64,000 bases of DNA from Balanoglossus misakiensis (GCA_040954595.2 CM082579.2:15972550-16036549); one strand, 5' to 3'; shown: positions 1-14,036, counted from the stretch's first letter. The notes: generated from the sequence alone by a model not told the origin. Made by a program: numbers and translations.

Positions 1-439
1 TTTAGAGCGGAAACACGCGTACATTGACCACGATGATCAAGTCAGATCTCCTACGGCCTGGCTCGACTAAAACCCCGGCACACCATGACAGACACTAGCG
101 TTCGTTAGCAACGGTGATCAAGTCGGATTTCCTTCGGCCTGGCTCTGCAAAAGACCCGACACTCTAGTACAAAGACGTTGGCTAAGTCGGGCAAACCGAA
201 GAGGGAAAGTCACAGCGGTTCAACACTTGACATTTGTTCGGGTAGGACTGCATTATTGCCTGTCAATTTATACAGAAAGCCCGAAATTAACCAGGGCGTT
301 TCAAACACCGACGTTAGTTGGGGGCACGGCCTGCAGTACTGCCGGGTAAGCTGACATCGGCGTACCACATATAATGTAGGGGGGGGGGGAACAGAATGGT
401 TCTATACTACATTTATTAGATATCAACTAATTTTGGACA

Positions 440-1330
440 ATCATCTAAAATCTAAATCATTTTTTCATATTTGGATATCTGATGATGTATGAAATTTCCA
501 TTATATGTAAAAATGGTGCTGATTATAAAAAATGCATTCTGATTCAATACAAAATTGCGTTTTATTCGTTTTTGCACCAAAAAGGTCATTTTTAGGCAAA
601 ACATTCTTTATTTTTTTAATTCGGTGACCTGATCATATATAAACAATTGCTTGTATGTTAAAAGTTTTTATGACTTTTAAAAGCAGTGACACTGGCGGCA
701 TTCAACACGAAAATAACAATTGTAGCCACAATTTGGTCAAAATGGTAAATTTTTGAAAATTACAAAAAATACCTGTTTTCTACATTTTCGGAAATCTGAT
801 GGAGTATAGAATGCTTTTCGCATGTATATATCGATACAAATTCCACAAAAGACCGTCTAATTTGGCTCACTGCAGACAAAATTGCGTTTTACCAAATTTT
901 CCTTGAAAATGTCATTTTTAGAAAAAAAATTAAAAAACCTTTGTTCTTCGAATTTGGTGCCCTGATCATATATGACATGTTGATTGTATGTTAAGACTTT
1001 CGACCACTCCAAAAATGCAGAGATATTGACGGAATTCAAGAAAAAATAGCCATTTTGGCCATATTTTGACAAAAATGGTAAATTTTTAAAAAATCATAAA
1101 AAATTAACTCTTTTCTTATTTTTTCGGAAATATTATGGAGCATGAAGTGTCGTTCTCTTGTAAAAAGTGCTGCAAATTCCAGAAAAGGCGGTAAAATTTA
1201 AATCACCCAAGACAAAATTACCATTTTCGACTTGTTTTCGAAAAATTGTCTTTTTTACAAAATAAATAAGAATAAATTCTTTTCTTAGTTTCAAACGGGT
1301 AGAGATACTTTCCACATGGGTTTTCTAACA
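440..1330. repeat. AT-rich part of the monomer: ~2.7 degenerate ~335-bp subunits (representative copy)
   Basis: Motif pairs offset by ~330-337 bp: GGTGA/CCCTGATCATATAT at 623 and 956; AAAATGGTAAATTTT at ~739 and ~1073; CAAATTCCAC/GAAAA at ~837 and ~1173; ACAAAATT at ~549, ~876 and ~1212. Confidence 0.8.
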
Positions 1331-1342
1331 TTGAATTCCCGT

Positions 1343-2240
1343 TCATCAACTCAGATTTCCTACAGCATAAGTCGGCTAAAACCCTGACACTCTAGAGCAG
1401 AAACAGTTGCACACTGGTAACGTTGAACAAGTCGATTTTTCTACGGCCTGGCTCCGCTAAATGTCCGTCACAATATGACAGACACTAGCGTACGTTAGCA
1501 ACGGTGATCAAGTCAGATTTTCTACGGCATGGCTTGGATAAAGCCCCGGCACTCTAGAGCAGAAACACGCGTACAGAGACCACGTTTATTAAGTCTGATC
1601 TCCTACGGCTTGGCTCGACTAAAACCCCGGCACACTATGACAGACACTAGCGTTCGTTAGCAACGTTGATCAAGTCAGATTTCCTACGGCATGGCTTGGC
1701 TAAAGCCCTGGCACTCTAGAGCAGAAACACGCGTACATTGACCACGTTGATCAAGTCAGATTTCCTTCGGCCTGGCACGGCTGATGCCCCGGCACTATAT
1801 ATAGGACACAGACTGGCGTAAGTTAACAACGGTAATCACGTCGGGTTTCCTACGGCCTGGCTCAGCTGAAGCCCCGGCACTCTAGAGCAGAAACAGGCGT
1901 ACATTGACCACGTTGATCAAGTCAGATTTCCTACGGCGTGACTCGGCTGGTGCACCGGCTCTATATGACACAGACTGGCATAAGTTATCAACAGTGATTA
2001 AGTCGGATTTCCTACGGCCTGGTTTAGCTGAAGCCCCGGCACTTTAGAGCGGAAACACGCGTACATTGACCACGATGATCAAGTCAGATCTCCTACGGCC
2101 TGGCTCGACTAAAACCCCGGCACACCATGACAGACACTAGCGTTCGTTAGCAACGGTGATCAAGTCGGATTTCCTTCGGCCTGGCTCTGCAAAAGACCCG
2201 ACACTCTAGTACAAAGACGTTGGCAAGTCGGGCAAACCGA
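1343..2240. repeat. GC-rich array of ~11 x 81-bp subunits in roughly alternating A/B types (representative copy)
   Basis: A GATCAAGTCAGATTTCCTACGGC-like core recurs at ~1506, 1587, 1668, 1749, 1834, 1915, 1996, 2077 and 2158. The tails alternate between CTCTAGAGCAGAAACACGCGTAC and ATGACAGACACTAGCGTTCGTTAGC or its ACACAGACTGGCGTAAGTT variant. Confidence 0.92.
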
Positions 2241-5200
2241 AGAGGGAAAGTCACAGCGGTTCAACACTTGACATTTGTTCGGGTAGGACTGCATTATTGC
2301 CTGTCAATTTATAGAGAAAGCCCGAAATTAACCAGGGCGTTTCAAACACCGACGTTAGTTGGGGGCACGGCCTGCAGTACTGCCGGGTAAGCTGACATCG
2401 GCGTACCGCATATAATGTAGGGGGGGGGGAACAGAATGGTTCAATACTACATTTATTAGATATCAACTAATTTTGGACAATCATCTAAAATCTAAATCAT
2501 TTTTTCATATTTGGATATCTGATGATGTATGAAATTTCCATTATATGTAAAAATGGTGCTGATTATAAAAAATGCATTCTGATTCAATACAAAATTGCGT
2601 TTTATTCGTTTTTGCACCAAAAAGGTCATTTTTAGGCAAAACATTCTTTATTTTTTTAATTCGGTGACCTGATCATATATAAACAATTGCTTGTATGTTA
2701 AAAGTTTTTATGACTTTTAAAAGCAGTGACACTGGCGGCATTCAACACGAAAATAACAATTTTAGCCACAATTTGGTCAAAATGGTAAATTTTTGAAAAT
2801 TACAAAAATACCTGTTTTCTACATTTTCGGAAATCTGATGGAGTATAGAATGCTCTTCGTATATATATATCGATACAAATTCCACAAAAAACGGCCAATT
2901 TGGCTCACTGCAGACAAAATTGCGTTTTACCAAATTTTCCTTGAAAATGTCATTTTTAGAAAAAAAAATAAAAAAACCTTTGTTCTTCGAATTTGGTGCC
3001 CTGATCATATATGACATGTTGATTATATGTTAAAACTTTAGACCACTCCAAAAATGCAGAGATATTGACGGAATTCAAGAAAAAATAGCCATTTTGGCCA
3101 TATTTTGACAAAAATGGTAAATTTTTAAAATATCATAAAAAATTAACTCTTTTCTTCATTTTCGGAAATATAATGGAGCATGAAGTGTCGTTCTCTTGTA
3201 AAAAGTGCTGCAAATTCCAGAAAAGGCGGTATAATTTGAATCACCCAAGACAAAATTACCATTTTCGACTTTTTTTCGAAAAATTGTCTTTTTTACAAAA
3301 TAAATAAGAATAAATTCTTTTCTTAGTTTCAAACGGGTAGAGATACTTTCCACACGGGTTTTCTAACATTGAATTCCCATTCATCAACTCAGATTTCCTA
3401 CAGCATAAGTCGGCTAAAACCCTGACACTCTAGAGCAGAAACAGTTGCACACTGGTAACGTTGAACATGTCGATTTTTCTATGGCCTGGCTCGGCTAAAT
3501 CTCCGTCACAATATGACAGACACTAGCGTACGTTAGCAACGGTGATCAAGTCAGATTTTCTACGGCATAGCTTGGCTAAAGCCCTGGCACTCAAGAGCAG
3601 AAACACGCGTACAGAGACCACGTTGATCTACTCACATTTCCTTCGGCCTGGCACGGCTGATGCCCCGGCACTCTAGAGCAGAAACAGGCGTACATTGACC
3701 ACGTTGATCAAGTCAGATTTCCTACGGCGTGACTCGGCTGGTGCACCGGCTCTATATGACACAGACTGGCGTAAGTTATCAACGGTGATTACGTCGGATT
3801 TCCTACGGCCTGGTTTAGCTGAAGCACCGGCACTTTAGAGCGGAAACACGCGTACATTGACCACGATGATCAAGTCAGATCTCCTACGGCCTGGCTCAAC
3901 TAAAACCCCGGCACACCATGACAGACACTAGCGTTCGTTAGCAACGGTGATCAAGTCGGATTTCCTTCGGCCTGGCTCTGCAAAAGACCCGACACTCTAG
4001 TACAAAGACGTTGGCTAAGTCGGGCAAACCGAAGAGGGAAAGTCACAGCGGGTCAACACTCGACATTTGTTCGGGTAGGACTGCATTATTGCCTGTCAAT
4101 TTATAGAGAAAGCTCGAATTTAACCAGGGCGTTTCAAACACCGACGTTAGTTGGGGGCACGGCCTGCAGTACTGCCGGGTAAGCTGACATCGGCGTACCG
4201 CATGTAATGTAGGGGGGGGGGGGGAAACAGAACGGTTCAATACTACATTTATCAGATATCAGCTAATTTTGGACAATCATCTTAAATATATCTAATTCAT
4301 TTTTTCATATTTGGATATCTGATGATGTATGAAATTTCCATTATATGTAAAAATGGTGCTGATTATAAAAAATGCACTCTGAATGAGCTGATTTAATACA
4401 AAATTGCGTTTTATTCGTTTTTGCACCAAAAAGGTCATTTTTAGGGAAAACATTCTTTATTTTTTTAATTCGGTGACCTGATCATATATAAACAATTGCT
4501 TGTATGTTAAAAGTTTTTATGACTTTAAAAAGCAGTGACACTGGCGGCATTCAACACGAAAATAACAATTTTAGCCACAATTTGGTCAAAATGGTAAATT
4601 TTTGAAAATTACAAAAAATACCTGTTTTCTACATTTTCGGAAATCTGATGGAGTATAGAATGCTCTTCGTATATATATATCGATACAAATTCCACAAAAA
4701 AAAACGGCCAATTTGGCTCACTGCAGACAAAATTGCGTATTACCAAATTTTCCTTGAAAATGTCATTTTTAGAAAAAAATAAAAAACCTTTGTTCTTCGA
4801 ATTTGGTGCCCTGATCATATATGACATGTTGATTGTATGTTAAAACTTTCGACCTCTCCAAAAATGCAGAGATATTGACGGAATTCAAGAAAAAATAGCC
4901 ATTTTGGCCATATTTTGACAAAAATGGTAAATTTTTAAAATATCATAAAAAATTAACTCTTTTCTTCATTTTCGGAAATATAATGGAGCATGAAGTGTCG
5001 TTCTCTTGTAAAAAGTGCTGCAAATTCCAGAAAAGGCGGTATAATTTGAATCACCCAAGACAAAATTACCATTTTCGACTTTTTTTCGAAAAATTGTCTT
5101 TTTTACAAAATAAATAAGAATAAATTCTTTTCTTAGTTTCAAACGGGTAGAGATACTTTCCACACGGGTTTTCTAACATTGAATTCCCATTCATCAACTC

Positions 5201-8200
5201 AGATTTCCTACAGCATAAGTCGGCTAAAACCCTGACACTCTAGAGCAGAAACAGTTGCACACTGGTAACGTTGAACATGTCGATTTTTCTATGGCCTGGC
5301 TCGGCTAAATCTCCGTCACAATATGACAGACACTAGCGTACGTTAGCAACGGTGATCAAGTCAGATTTTCTACGGCATAGCTTGGCTAAAGCCCTGGCAC
5401 TCAAGAGCAGAAACACGCGTACAGAGACCACGTTGATCTACTCACATTTCCTTCGGCCTGGCACGGCTGATGCCCCGGCACTCTAGAGCAGAAACAGGCG
5501 TACATTGACCACGTTGATCAAGTCAGATTTCCTACGGCGTGACTCGGCTGGTGCACCGGCTCTATATGACACAGACTGGCGTAAGTTATCAACGGTGATT
5601 ACGTCGGATTTCCTACGGCCTGGTTTAGCTGAAGCACCGGCACTTTAGAGCGGAAACACGCGCACATTGACCACGATGATCAAGTCAGATCTCCTACGGC
5701 CTGGCTCTACTAAAACCCCGGCACACCATGACAGACACTAGCGTTCGTTAGCAACGGTGATCAAGTCGGATTTCCTTCGGCCTGGCTCTGCAAAAGACCC
5801 GACACTCTAGTACAAAGACGTTGGCTAAGTCGGGCAAACCGAAGAGGGAAAGTCACAGCGGGTCAACACTCGACATTTGTTCGGGTAGGACTGCATTATT
5901 GCCTGTCAATTTATAGAGAAAGCTCGAATTTAACCAGGGCGTTTCAAACACCGACGTTAGTTGGGGGCACGGCCTGCAGTACTGCCGGGTAAGCTGACAT
6001 CGGCGTACCGCATGTAATGTAGGGGGGGGGGGGGGGAAACAGAACGGTTCAATACTACATTTATCAGATATCAGCTAATTTTGGACAATCATCTTAAATA
6101 TATCTAATTCATTTTTTCATATTTGGATATCTGATGATGTATGAAATTTCCATTATATGTAAAAATGGTGCTGATTATAAAAAATGCACTCTGAATGAGC
6201 TGATTTAATACAAAATTGCGTTTTATTCGTTTTTGCACCAAAAAGGTCATTTTTAGGGAAAACATTCTTTATTTTTTTAATTCGGTGACCTGATCATATA
6301 TAAACAATTGCTTGTATGTTAAAAGTTTTTATGACTTTAAAAAGCAGTGACACTGGCGGCATTCAACACGAAAATAACAATTTTAGCCACAATTTGGTCA
6401 AAATGGTAAATTTTTGAAAATTACAAAAAATACCTGTTTTCTACATTTTCGGAAATCTGATGGAGTATAGAATGCTCTTCGTATATATATATCGATACAA
6501 ATTCCACAAAAAAAACGGCCAATTTGGCTCACTGCAGACAAAATTGCGTATTACCAAATTTTCCTTGAAAATGTCATTTTTAGAAAAAAATAAAAAACCT
6601 TTGTTCTTCGAATTTGGTGCCCTGATCATATATGACATGTTGATTGTATGTTAAAACTTTCGACCTCTCCAAAAATGCAGAGATATTGACGGAATTCAAG
6701 AAAAAATAGCCATTTTGGCCATATTTTGACAAAAATGGTAATTTTTTAAAAAATCATAAAAAATTAACTCTTTTCTTCATTTTCGGAAATATTATGGAGC
6801 ATGAAGTGTCGTTCTCTTGTAAAAAGTGCTGCAAATTCCAGAAAAGGTGGTATAATTTGAATCACCCAAGACAAAATTACCATTTTCGACTTTTTTTCGA
6901 AAAATTGTCTTTTTTACAAAATAAATAAGAATAAATTCTTTTCTTAGTTTCAAACGGGTAGAGATACTTTCCACACGGGTTTTCTAACATTGAATTCCCA
7001 TTCATCAACTCAGATTTCCTACAGCATAAGTCGGCTAAAACCCTGACACTCTAGAGCAGAAACAGTTGCACACTGGTAACGTTGAACATGTCGATTTTTC
7101 TATGGCCTGGCTCGGCTAAATCTCCGTCACAATATGACAGACACTAGCGTACGTTAGCAACGGTGATCAAGTCAGATTTTCTACGGCATAGCTTGGCTAA
7201 AGCCCTGGCACTCAAGAGCAGAAACACGCGTACAGAGACCACGTTGATCTACTCACATTTCCTTCGGCCTGGCACGGCTGATGCCCCGGCACTCTAGAGC
7301 AGAAACAGGCGTACATTGACCACGTTGATCAAGTCAGATTTCCTACGGCGTGACTCGGCTGGTGCACCGGCTCTATATGACACAGACTGGCGTAAGTTAT
7401 CAACGGTGATTACGTCGGATTTCCTACGGCCTGGTTTAGCTGAAGCACCGGCACTTTAGAGCGGAAACACGCGCACATTGACCACGATGATCAAGTCAGA
7501 TCTCCTACGGCCTGGCTCTACTAAAACCCCGGCACACCATGACAGACACTAGCGTTCGTTAGCAACGGTGATCAAGTCGGATTTCCTTCGGCCTGGCTCT
7601 GCAAAAGACCCGACACTCTAGTACAAAGACGTTGGCTAAGTCGGGCAAACCGAAGAGGGAAAGTCACAGCGGGTCAACACTCGACATTTGTTCGGGTAGG
7701 ACTGCATTATTGCCTGTCAATTTATAGAGAAAGCTCGAATTTAACCAGGGCGTTTCAAACACCGACGTTAGTTGGGGGCACGGCCTGCAGTACTGCCGGG
7801 TAAGCTGACATCGGCGTACCGCATGTAATGTAGGGGGGGGGGGGGGGGGGGAAACAGAACGGTTCAATACTACATTTATCAGATATCAGCTAATTTTGGA
7901 CAATCATCTTAAATATATCTAATTCATTTTTTCATATTTGGATATCTGATGATGTATGAAATTTCCATTATATGTAAAAATGGTGCTGATTATAAAAAAT
8001 GCACTCTGAATGAGCTGATTTAATACAAAATTGCGTTTTATTCGTTTTTGCACCAAAAAGGTCATTTTTAGGGAAAACATTCTTTATTTTTTTAATTCGG
8101 TGACCTGATCATATATAAACAATTGCTTGTATGTTAAAAGTTTTTATGACTTTAAAAAGCAGTGACACTGGCGGCATTCAACACGAAAATAACAATTTTA

Positions 8201-11200
8201 GCCACAATTTGGTCAAAATGGTAAATTTTTGAAAATTACAAAAAATACCTGTTTTCTACATTTTCGGAAATCTGATGGAGTATAGAATGCTCTTCGTATA
8301 TATATATCGATACAAATTCCACAAAAAAAACGGCCAATTTGGCTCACTGCAGACAAAATTGCGTATTACCAAATTTTCCTTGAAAATGTCATTTTTAGAA
8401 AAAAATAAAAAACCTTTGTTCTTCGAATTTGGTGCCCTGATCATATATGACATGTTGATTGTATGTTAAAACTTTCGACCTCTCCAAAAATGCAGAGATA
8501 TTGACGGAATTCAAGAAAAAATAGCCATTTTGGCCATATTTTGACAAAAATGGTAATTTTTTAAAAAATCATAAAAAATTAACTCTTTTCTTCATTTTCG
8601 GAAATATTATGGAGCATGAAGTGTCGTTCTCTTGTAAAAAGTGCTGCAAATTCCAGAAAAGGTGGTATAATTTGAATCACCCAAGACAAAATTACCATTT
8701 TCGACTTTTTTTCGAAAAATTGTCTTTTTTACAAAATAAATAAGAATAAATTCTTTTCTTAGTTTCAAACGGGTAGAGATACTTTCCACACGGGTTTTCT
8801 AACATTGAATTCCCGTTCATCAACTCAGATTTCCTACAGCATAAGTCGGCTAAAACCCTGACACTCTAGAGCAGAAACAGTTGCACACTGGTAACGTTGA
8901 ACAAGTCGATTTTTCTACGGCCTGGCTCGGCTAAATCTCCGTCACAATATGACAGACACTAGCGTATGTTAGCAACGGTGATCAAGTCAGATTTCCTACG
9001 GCCTGGTTTAGCTGAAGCCCCGGCACTTTAGAGCGGAAACACGCGTACATTGACCACGATGATCAAGTCAGATCTCCTACGGCCTGTCTCGACTAAAACC
9101 CCGGCACACCATGACAGACACTAGCGTTCGTTAGCAACGTTGATCAAGTCAGATTTCCTACGGCATGGCTTGGCTAAAGCCCTGGCACTCTAGAGCAGAA
9201 ACACGCCTACAGAGACCACGTTGATCTACTCACATTTCCTTCGGCCTGGCACGGCTGATGCCCCGTTACTATATATAGGACACAGACTGGCGTAAGTTAA
9301 CAACGGTAATCACGTTGGGTTTCCTACGGCCTGGCTCAGCTGAAGCCCCGGCACTCTAGAGCAGAAACAGGCGTACATTGACCACGTTGATCAAGTCAGA
9401 TTTCCTACGGCGTGACTCGGCTGGTGCACCGGCTCTATATGACACAGACTGGCGTAAGTTATCAACGGTGATTACGTCGGATTTCCTACGGCCTGGTTTA
9501 GCTGAAGCCCCGGCACTTTAGAGCGGAAACACGCGTACATTGACCACGATGATCAAGTCAGATCTCCTACGGCCTGGCTCGACTAAAACCCCGGCACACC
9601 ATGACAGACACTAGCGTTCGTTAGCAACGGTGATCAAGTCGGATTTCCGTCGGCCTAGCTCTGCAAAAGACCCGACACTCTAGTACAAAGACGTTGGCTA
9701 AGTCGGGCAAACCGAAGAGGGAAAGTCACAGCTGGTCAATACTCGACATTTGTTCGGGTAGGACTGCATTATTGCCTGTCAATTTATTGAGAAAGCCCGA
9801 ATTAAACCCGGGCGTTTCAAACACCGACGTTAGTTGGGGGCACGGCCTGCAGTACTGCCGGGTAAGCTGACATCGGCGTACCGCATATAATGTAGGGGGG
9901 GGGGAACAGAACGGTTCAATACTACATTTATTAGATATCAGCTAATTTTCGACAATCATCTAAAATCTAAATCATTTTTTCATATTTGGATATCTGATGA
10001 TGTATGAAATTTCCATTATATGTAAAAATGGTGCTGATTATAAAAAATGCACTCTGAATGAGCTGATTTTTAGTCAAAACATTCTTTATTTTTTAATTCG
10101 GTGACCTGATCATATATAAACTATTGCTTGTATGTTAAAAGTTTTTATGACTTTTAAAAGCAGTGACACTGGCGGCATTCATCACGAAAATAACAATTTT
10201 AGCCACAATTTGGTCAAAATGGTAATTTTTGGAAAGTTACAAAAAATACCTGTTTTCTACATTTTCGGAAATCTGATGGAGTATAGAATGCTCTTCGTAT
10301 GTATATATCGATACAAATTCCACAAAAGACCGTCTAATTTGGCTCACTGCAGACAAAATTGCGTTTTACCAAATTTTCCTTGAAAATGTCATTTTTAGAA
10401 AAAAAAATAAAAAAACCTTTGTTTTTCAAATTTGGTGCCCTGATCATATATGACATGTTGATTGTATGTTAAAACTCTCGACCACTCCAAAAATGGTAAA
10501 TTTTTGAAAAATCATAAAAAATTAACTCTTTTCTTCATTTTCGGAAATATTATGGAGCATGAAGTGTCGTTCTCTTGTAAAAAGTGCTGCAAATTCCAGA
10601 AAAGGCGGTATAATTTGAATCACCCAAGACAAAATTGCAATTTTTGGACTTTTTTTCGAAAAATTGTCTTTTTTACAAAATAAATAAGAATAAATTCTTT
10701 TCTTAGTTTCAAACGGGTAGAGATACTTTCCACACTGGTTTTCTAACATTGAATTCCCGTTCATCAACTCAGATTTCCTACAGCATAAGTCGGCTAAAAC
10801 CCTGACACTCTAGAGCAGAAACAGTTGCACACTGGTAACGTTGAACAAGTCGATTTTTCTACGGCCTGGCTCGGCTAAATCTCCGTCACAATATGACAGA
10901 CACTAGCGTACGTTAGCAACGGTGATCAAGTCAGATTTTCTACGGCATGGCTTGGATAAAGCCCCGGCACTCTAGAGCAGAAACACGCGTACAGAGACCA
11001 CGTTGATCAAGTCTGATCTCCTACGGCTTGGCTCGACTAAAACCCCGGCACACTATGACAGACACTAGCGTTCGTTAGCAACGTTGATCAAGTCAGATTT
11101 CCTACGGCATGGCTTGGCTAAAGCCCTGGCACTCTAGAGCAGAAACACGCGTACAGAGACCACGTTGATCTACTCACATTTCCTTCGGCCTGGCACGGCT

Positions 11201-13447
11201 GATGCCCCGGCACTATATATAGGACACAGACTGGCGTAAGTTAACAACGGTAATCACGTCGGGTTTCCTACGGCCTGGCTCAGCTGAAGCCCCGGCACTC
11301 TAGAGCAGAAACAGGCGTACATTGACCACGTTGATCAAGTCAGATTTCCTACGGCGTGACTCGGCTGGTGCACCGGCTCTATATGACACAGACAGGCGTA
11401 AGTTATCAACGGTGATTACGTCGGATTTCCTTCGGCCTGGTTTAGCTGAAGCCCCGGCACTTTAGAGCGGAAACACGCGTACATTGACCACGATGATCAA
11501 GTCAGATCTCCTACGGCCTGGCCCGACTAAAACCCCGGCACACCATGACAGACACTAGCGTTCGTTAGCAACGGTGATCAAGTCGGATTTCCTTCGGCCT
11601 GGCTCTGCAAAAGACCCGACACTCTAGTACAAAGACGTTGGCTAAGTCGGGCAAACCGAACAGGGAAAGTCACAGCGGGTCAACACTCGACATTTGTTCC
11701 GGGAGGACTGCATTATTGCCTGTCAATTTATAGAGAAAGCCCGAATTTAACCAGGGCGTTTCAAACACCGACGTTAGTTGGGGGCACGGCCTGCAGTACT
11801 GCCGGGTAAGCTGACATCAGCGTACCGCATATAATGTAGGGGGGGGGGGGAACAGAACGGTTAAATACTACATTTATCAGATAACAGCTAATTTTGGACA
11901 ATCATCTAAAATGTAAATCATCTTTTCATATTTGGATATCTGATGATGATGTATGACATTTCCATTATATGTAAAAATGGTGCTGATTATAAAAATGCAC
12001 TCTGAATGAGCTGATTTAATGCAAAATTGCGTTTTATTCGTTTTTGCACCAAAAAAGTCATTTTTAGGCAAAACATTCTTTATTTTTTTAATTCGGTGAC
12101 CTGATCATATATAAACAATTGCTTGTATGTTAAAAGTTTTTATGACTTTTAAAAGCAGTGACACTGGCGGCATTCAACACGAAAATAACAATTTTAGCCA
12201 CAATTTGGTCAAAATGGTAAATTTTTGAAAATTACAAAAAATACCTGTTTTCTACATTTTCGGAAATCTGATGGAGTATAGAATGCTCTTCGTATGTATA
12301 TATCGATACAAATTCCACAAAAGACCGTCTAATTTGGCTCACTGCAGACAAAATTGCGTTTTACAAAATTTTCCTTGAAAATGTCATTTTTAGAAAAAAA
12401 AAATAAAAAAACCTTTTATCTTCGAATTTGGTGCCCTGATCATATATGACATGTTGATTGTATGTTAAAACTTTCGACCACTCCAAAAATGCAGAGATAT
12501 TGACGGAATTCAAGAAATAATAGCCATTTTGGCCATATTTTGACAAAAATGGTAAATTTTTAAAAAAATCATAAAAAATTAACTCTTTTCTTCATTTTCG
12601 GAAATATTATGGAGCATGAAGTGTCGTTCTCTTGTAAAAAGTGCTGCAAATTCCAGAAAAGGCGGTATAATTTGAATCACCCAAGACAAAATTACCATTT
12701 TCGAATTTTTTTCGAAAAATTGTCTTTTTTACAAAATAAATAAGAATTAATTCTTTTCTTAGTTTCAAACGGGTAGAGATACTTTCCACACGGGTTTTCT
12801 AACATTGAATTCCCGTTCATCAACTCAGATTTCCTACAGCATAAGTCGGCTAAAACCCTGAGACTTTAGAGCAGAAACAGTTGCACACTGGTAACGTTGA
12901 ACAAGTCGATTTTTCTACGGCCTGGCTCGGCTAAATCTCCGTCACAATATGACAGACACTATCGTACGTTAGCAACGGTGATCAAGTCAGATTTTCTACG
13001 GCATGGCTTGGATAAAGCCCCGGCACTCTAGAGCAGAAACACGCGTACAGAGACCACGTTGATCTACTCACATTTCCTTCGGCCTGACACGGCTGATGCC
13101 CCGGCACTATATATAGGACACAGACTGGCGTAAGTTAACAACGGTAATCACGTCGGGTTTCCTACGGCCTGGCTCAGCTGAAGCCCCGGCGCTCTAGAGC
13201 AGAAACAGGCGTACATTGACCACGTTGATCAAGTCAGATTTCCTACGGCGTGACTCGGCTGGTGCACCGGCTCTATATGACACAGACTGGCGTAAGTTAT
13301 CAACGGTGATTACGTCGGATTTCCTACGGCCTGGTTTAGCTGAAGCCCCGGCACTTTAGAGCGGAAACACGCGTACATTGACCACGATGATCAAGTCAGA
13401 TCTCCTACGGCCTGGCTCGACTAAAACCCCGGCACACCATGACAGAC

Positions 13448-13700
13448 TATGGAAAGCCGTTGGGGACCCCCGACAACTTCTCTCAATACATGGGTAAAGT
13501 CCATAGACAAATGATAGGAACGCATATGCTGAAAATATGACGCACATTGGGTGCCGACGCCATAATCTAAAATGCCGGTAACAACCAAATTTTTGCCGAC
13601 ACCTTTACTCAATCTACCGGCGCCGACAAAATCACAACCGGTGATTTGATGAGTTCTCGCATCGGCGTTTCTACAGAGTTGTCGCATCGTCGTTTCAGCT
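13448..13700 (+). repeat. Left terminal inverted repeat (~250 bp)
   Basis: Near-exact reverse complement of 31912-32161. The mirrored spurious ORFs 13421..13687(-) and 31923..32162(+) translate almost identically. Confidence 0.95.
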
Positions 13701-14036
13701 AGAGTTTTCTCGCATCGGCGTTTCTGGAGAGTTTTCTCGCACCGGCATTCTACACATGCGCATTGGCGTTTCAGCTAAAGAGTTTTCTCGCATCGGCGTT
13801 TCTGGAGAGTTTTGTCGCACCGGCATTCTACACATGCGCATTGGCGTTTCAGCTAAAGAGTTTTCTCGCATCGGCGTTTCTGGAGAGTTTTGTCGCGCCG
13901 GCATTCTACACATGCGCATTGGCGTTTCAGCTAAAGAGTTTTCTCGCATCGGCGTTTCTGGAGAGTTTTGTCGCGCCGGCATTCTACACATGCGCATTGG
14001 CGTTTCAGCTAAAGAGTTTTCCCGCATCGGCGTTTT
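13691..14036. repeat. Subterminal 78-bp minisatellite (~4.5 copies) built on CGCATYGGCGTTTC motifs
   Basis: A 26-codon period is visible in the overlapping ORFs (ETPMRENSLAETPMRMCRMPARQNSP). An inverted counterpart lies at ~31720-31960. Confidence 0.92.

Larger units (their letters stand above)
1..13447. repeat. Composite tandem repeat (macrosatellite), ~1.8-2.06 kb monomer, ~7 copies, open at window start
   Basis: The landmark TTTAGAGCGGAAACACGCG recurs at 1, 2043, 3834, 5644, 7455, 9517, 11461 and 13355 (an extra internal copy at 9027). The same short spurious ORFs (MESISTRLKL...) recur in most monomers. Confidence 0.97.

Noticed and set aside
2092-2157. Resemblance of the B subunit to the 5' half of 5S rRNA (CCTACGGCC, AAAACCCCGG, GTTAGCAACG)
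   Set aside because: Only three short patches with wrong spacing, and no box C or 3' half. It is not a 5S gene; a remote origin would need a cmsearch test.
1343-2240. 81-bp array as a CRISPR array
   Set aside because: The variable parts are homologous to each other and recur in every monomer; there are no unique spacers or cas genes, and the context is eukaryotic.
857-12789. Recurrent 60-90 aa ORFs (MESISTRLKL..., MSKYGQNG..., MSYMIRAP...)
   Set aside because: By-products of the satellite: frames open and close with homopolymer indels and no domains are recognisable. The same applies to the copies at 32-37 kb and 57-61 kb.
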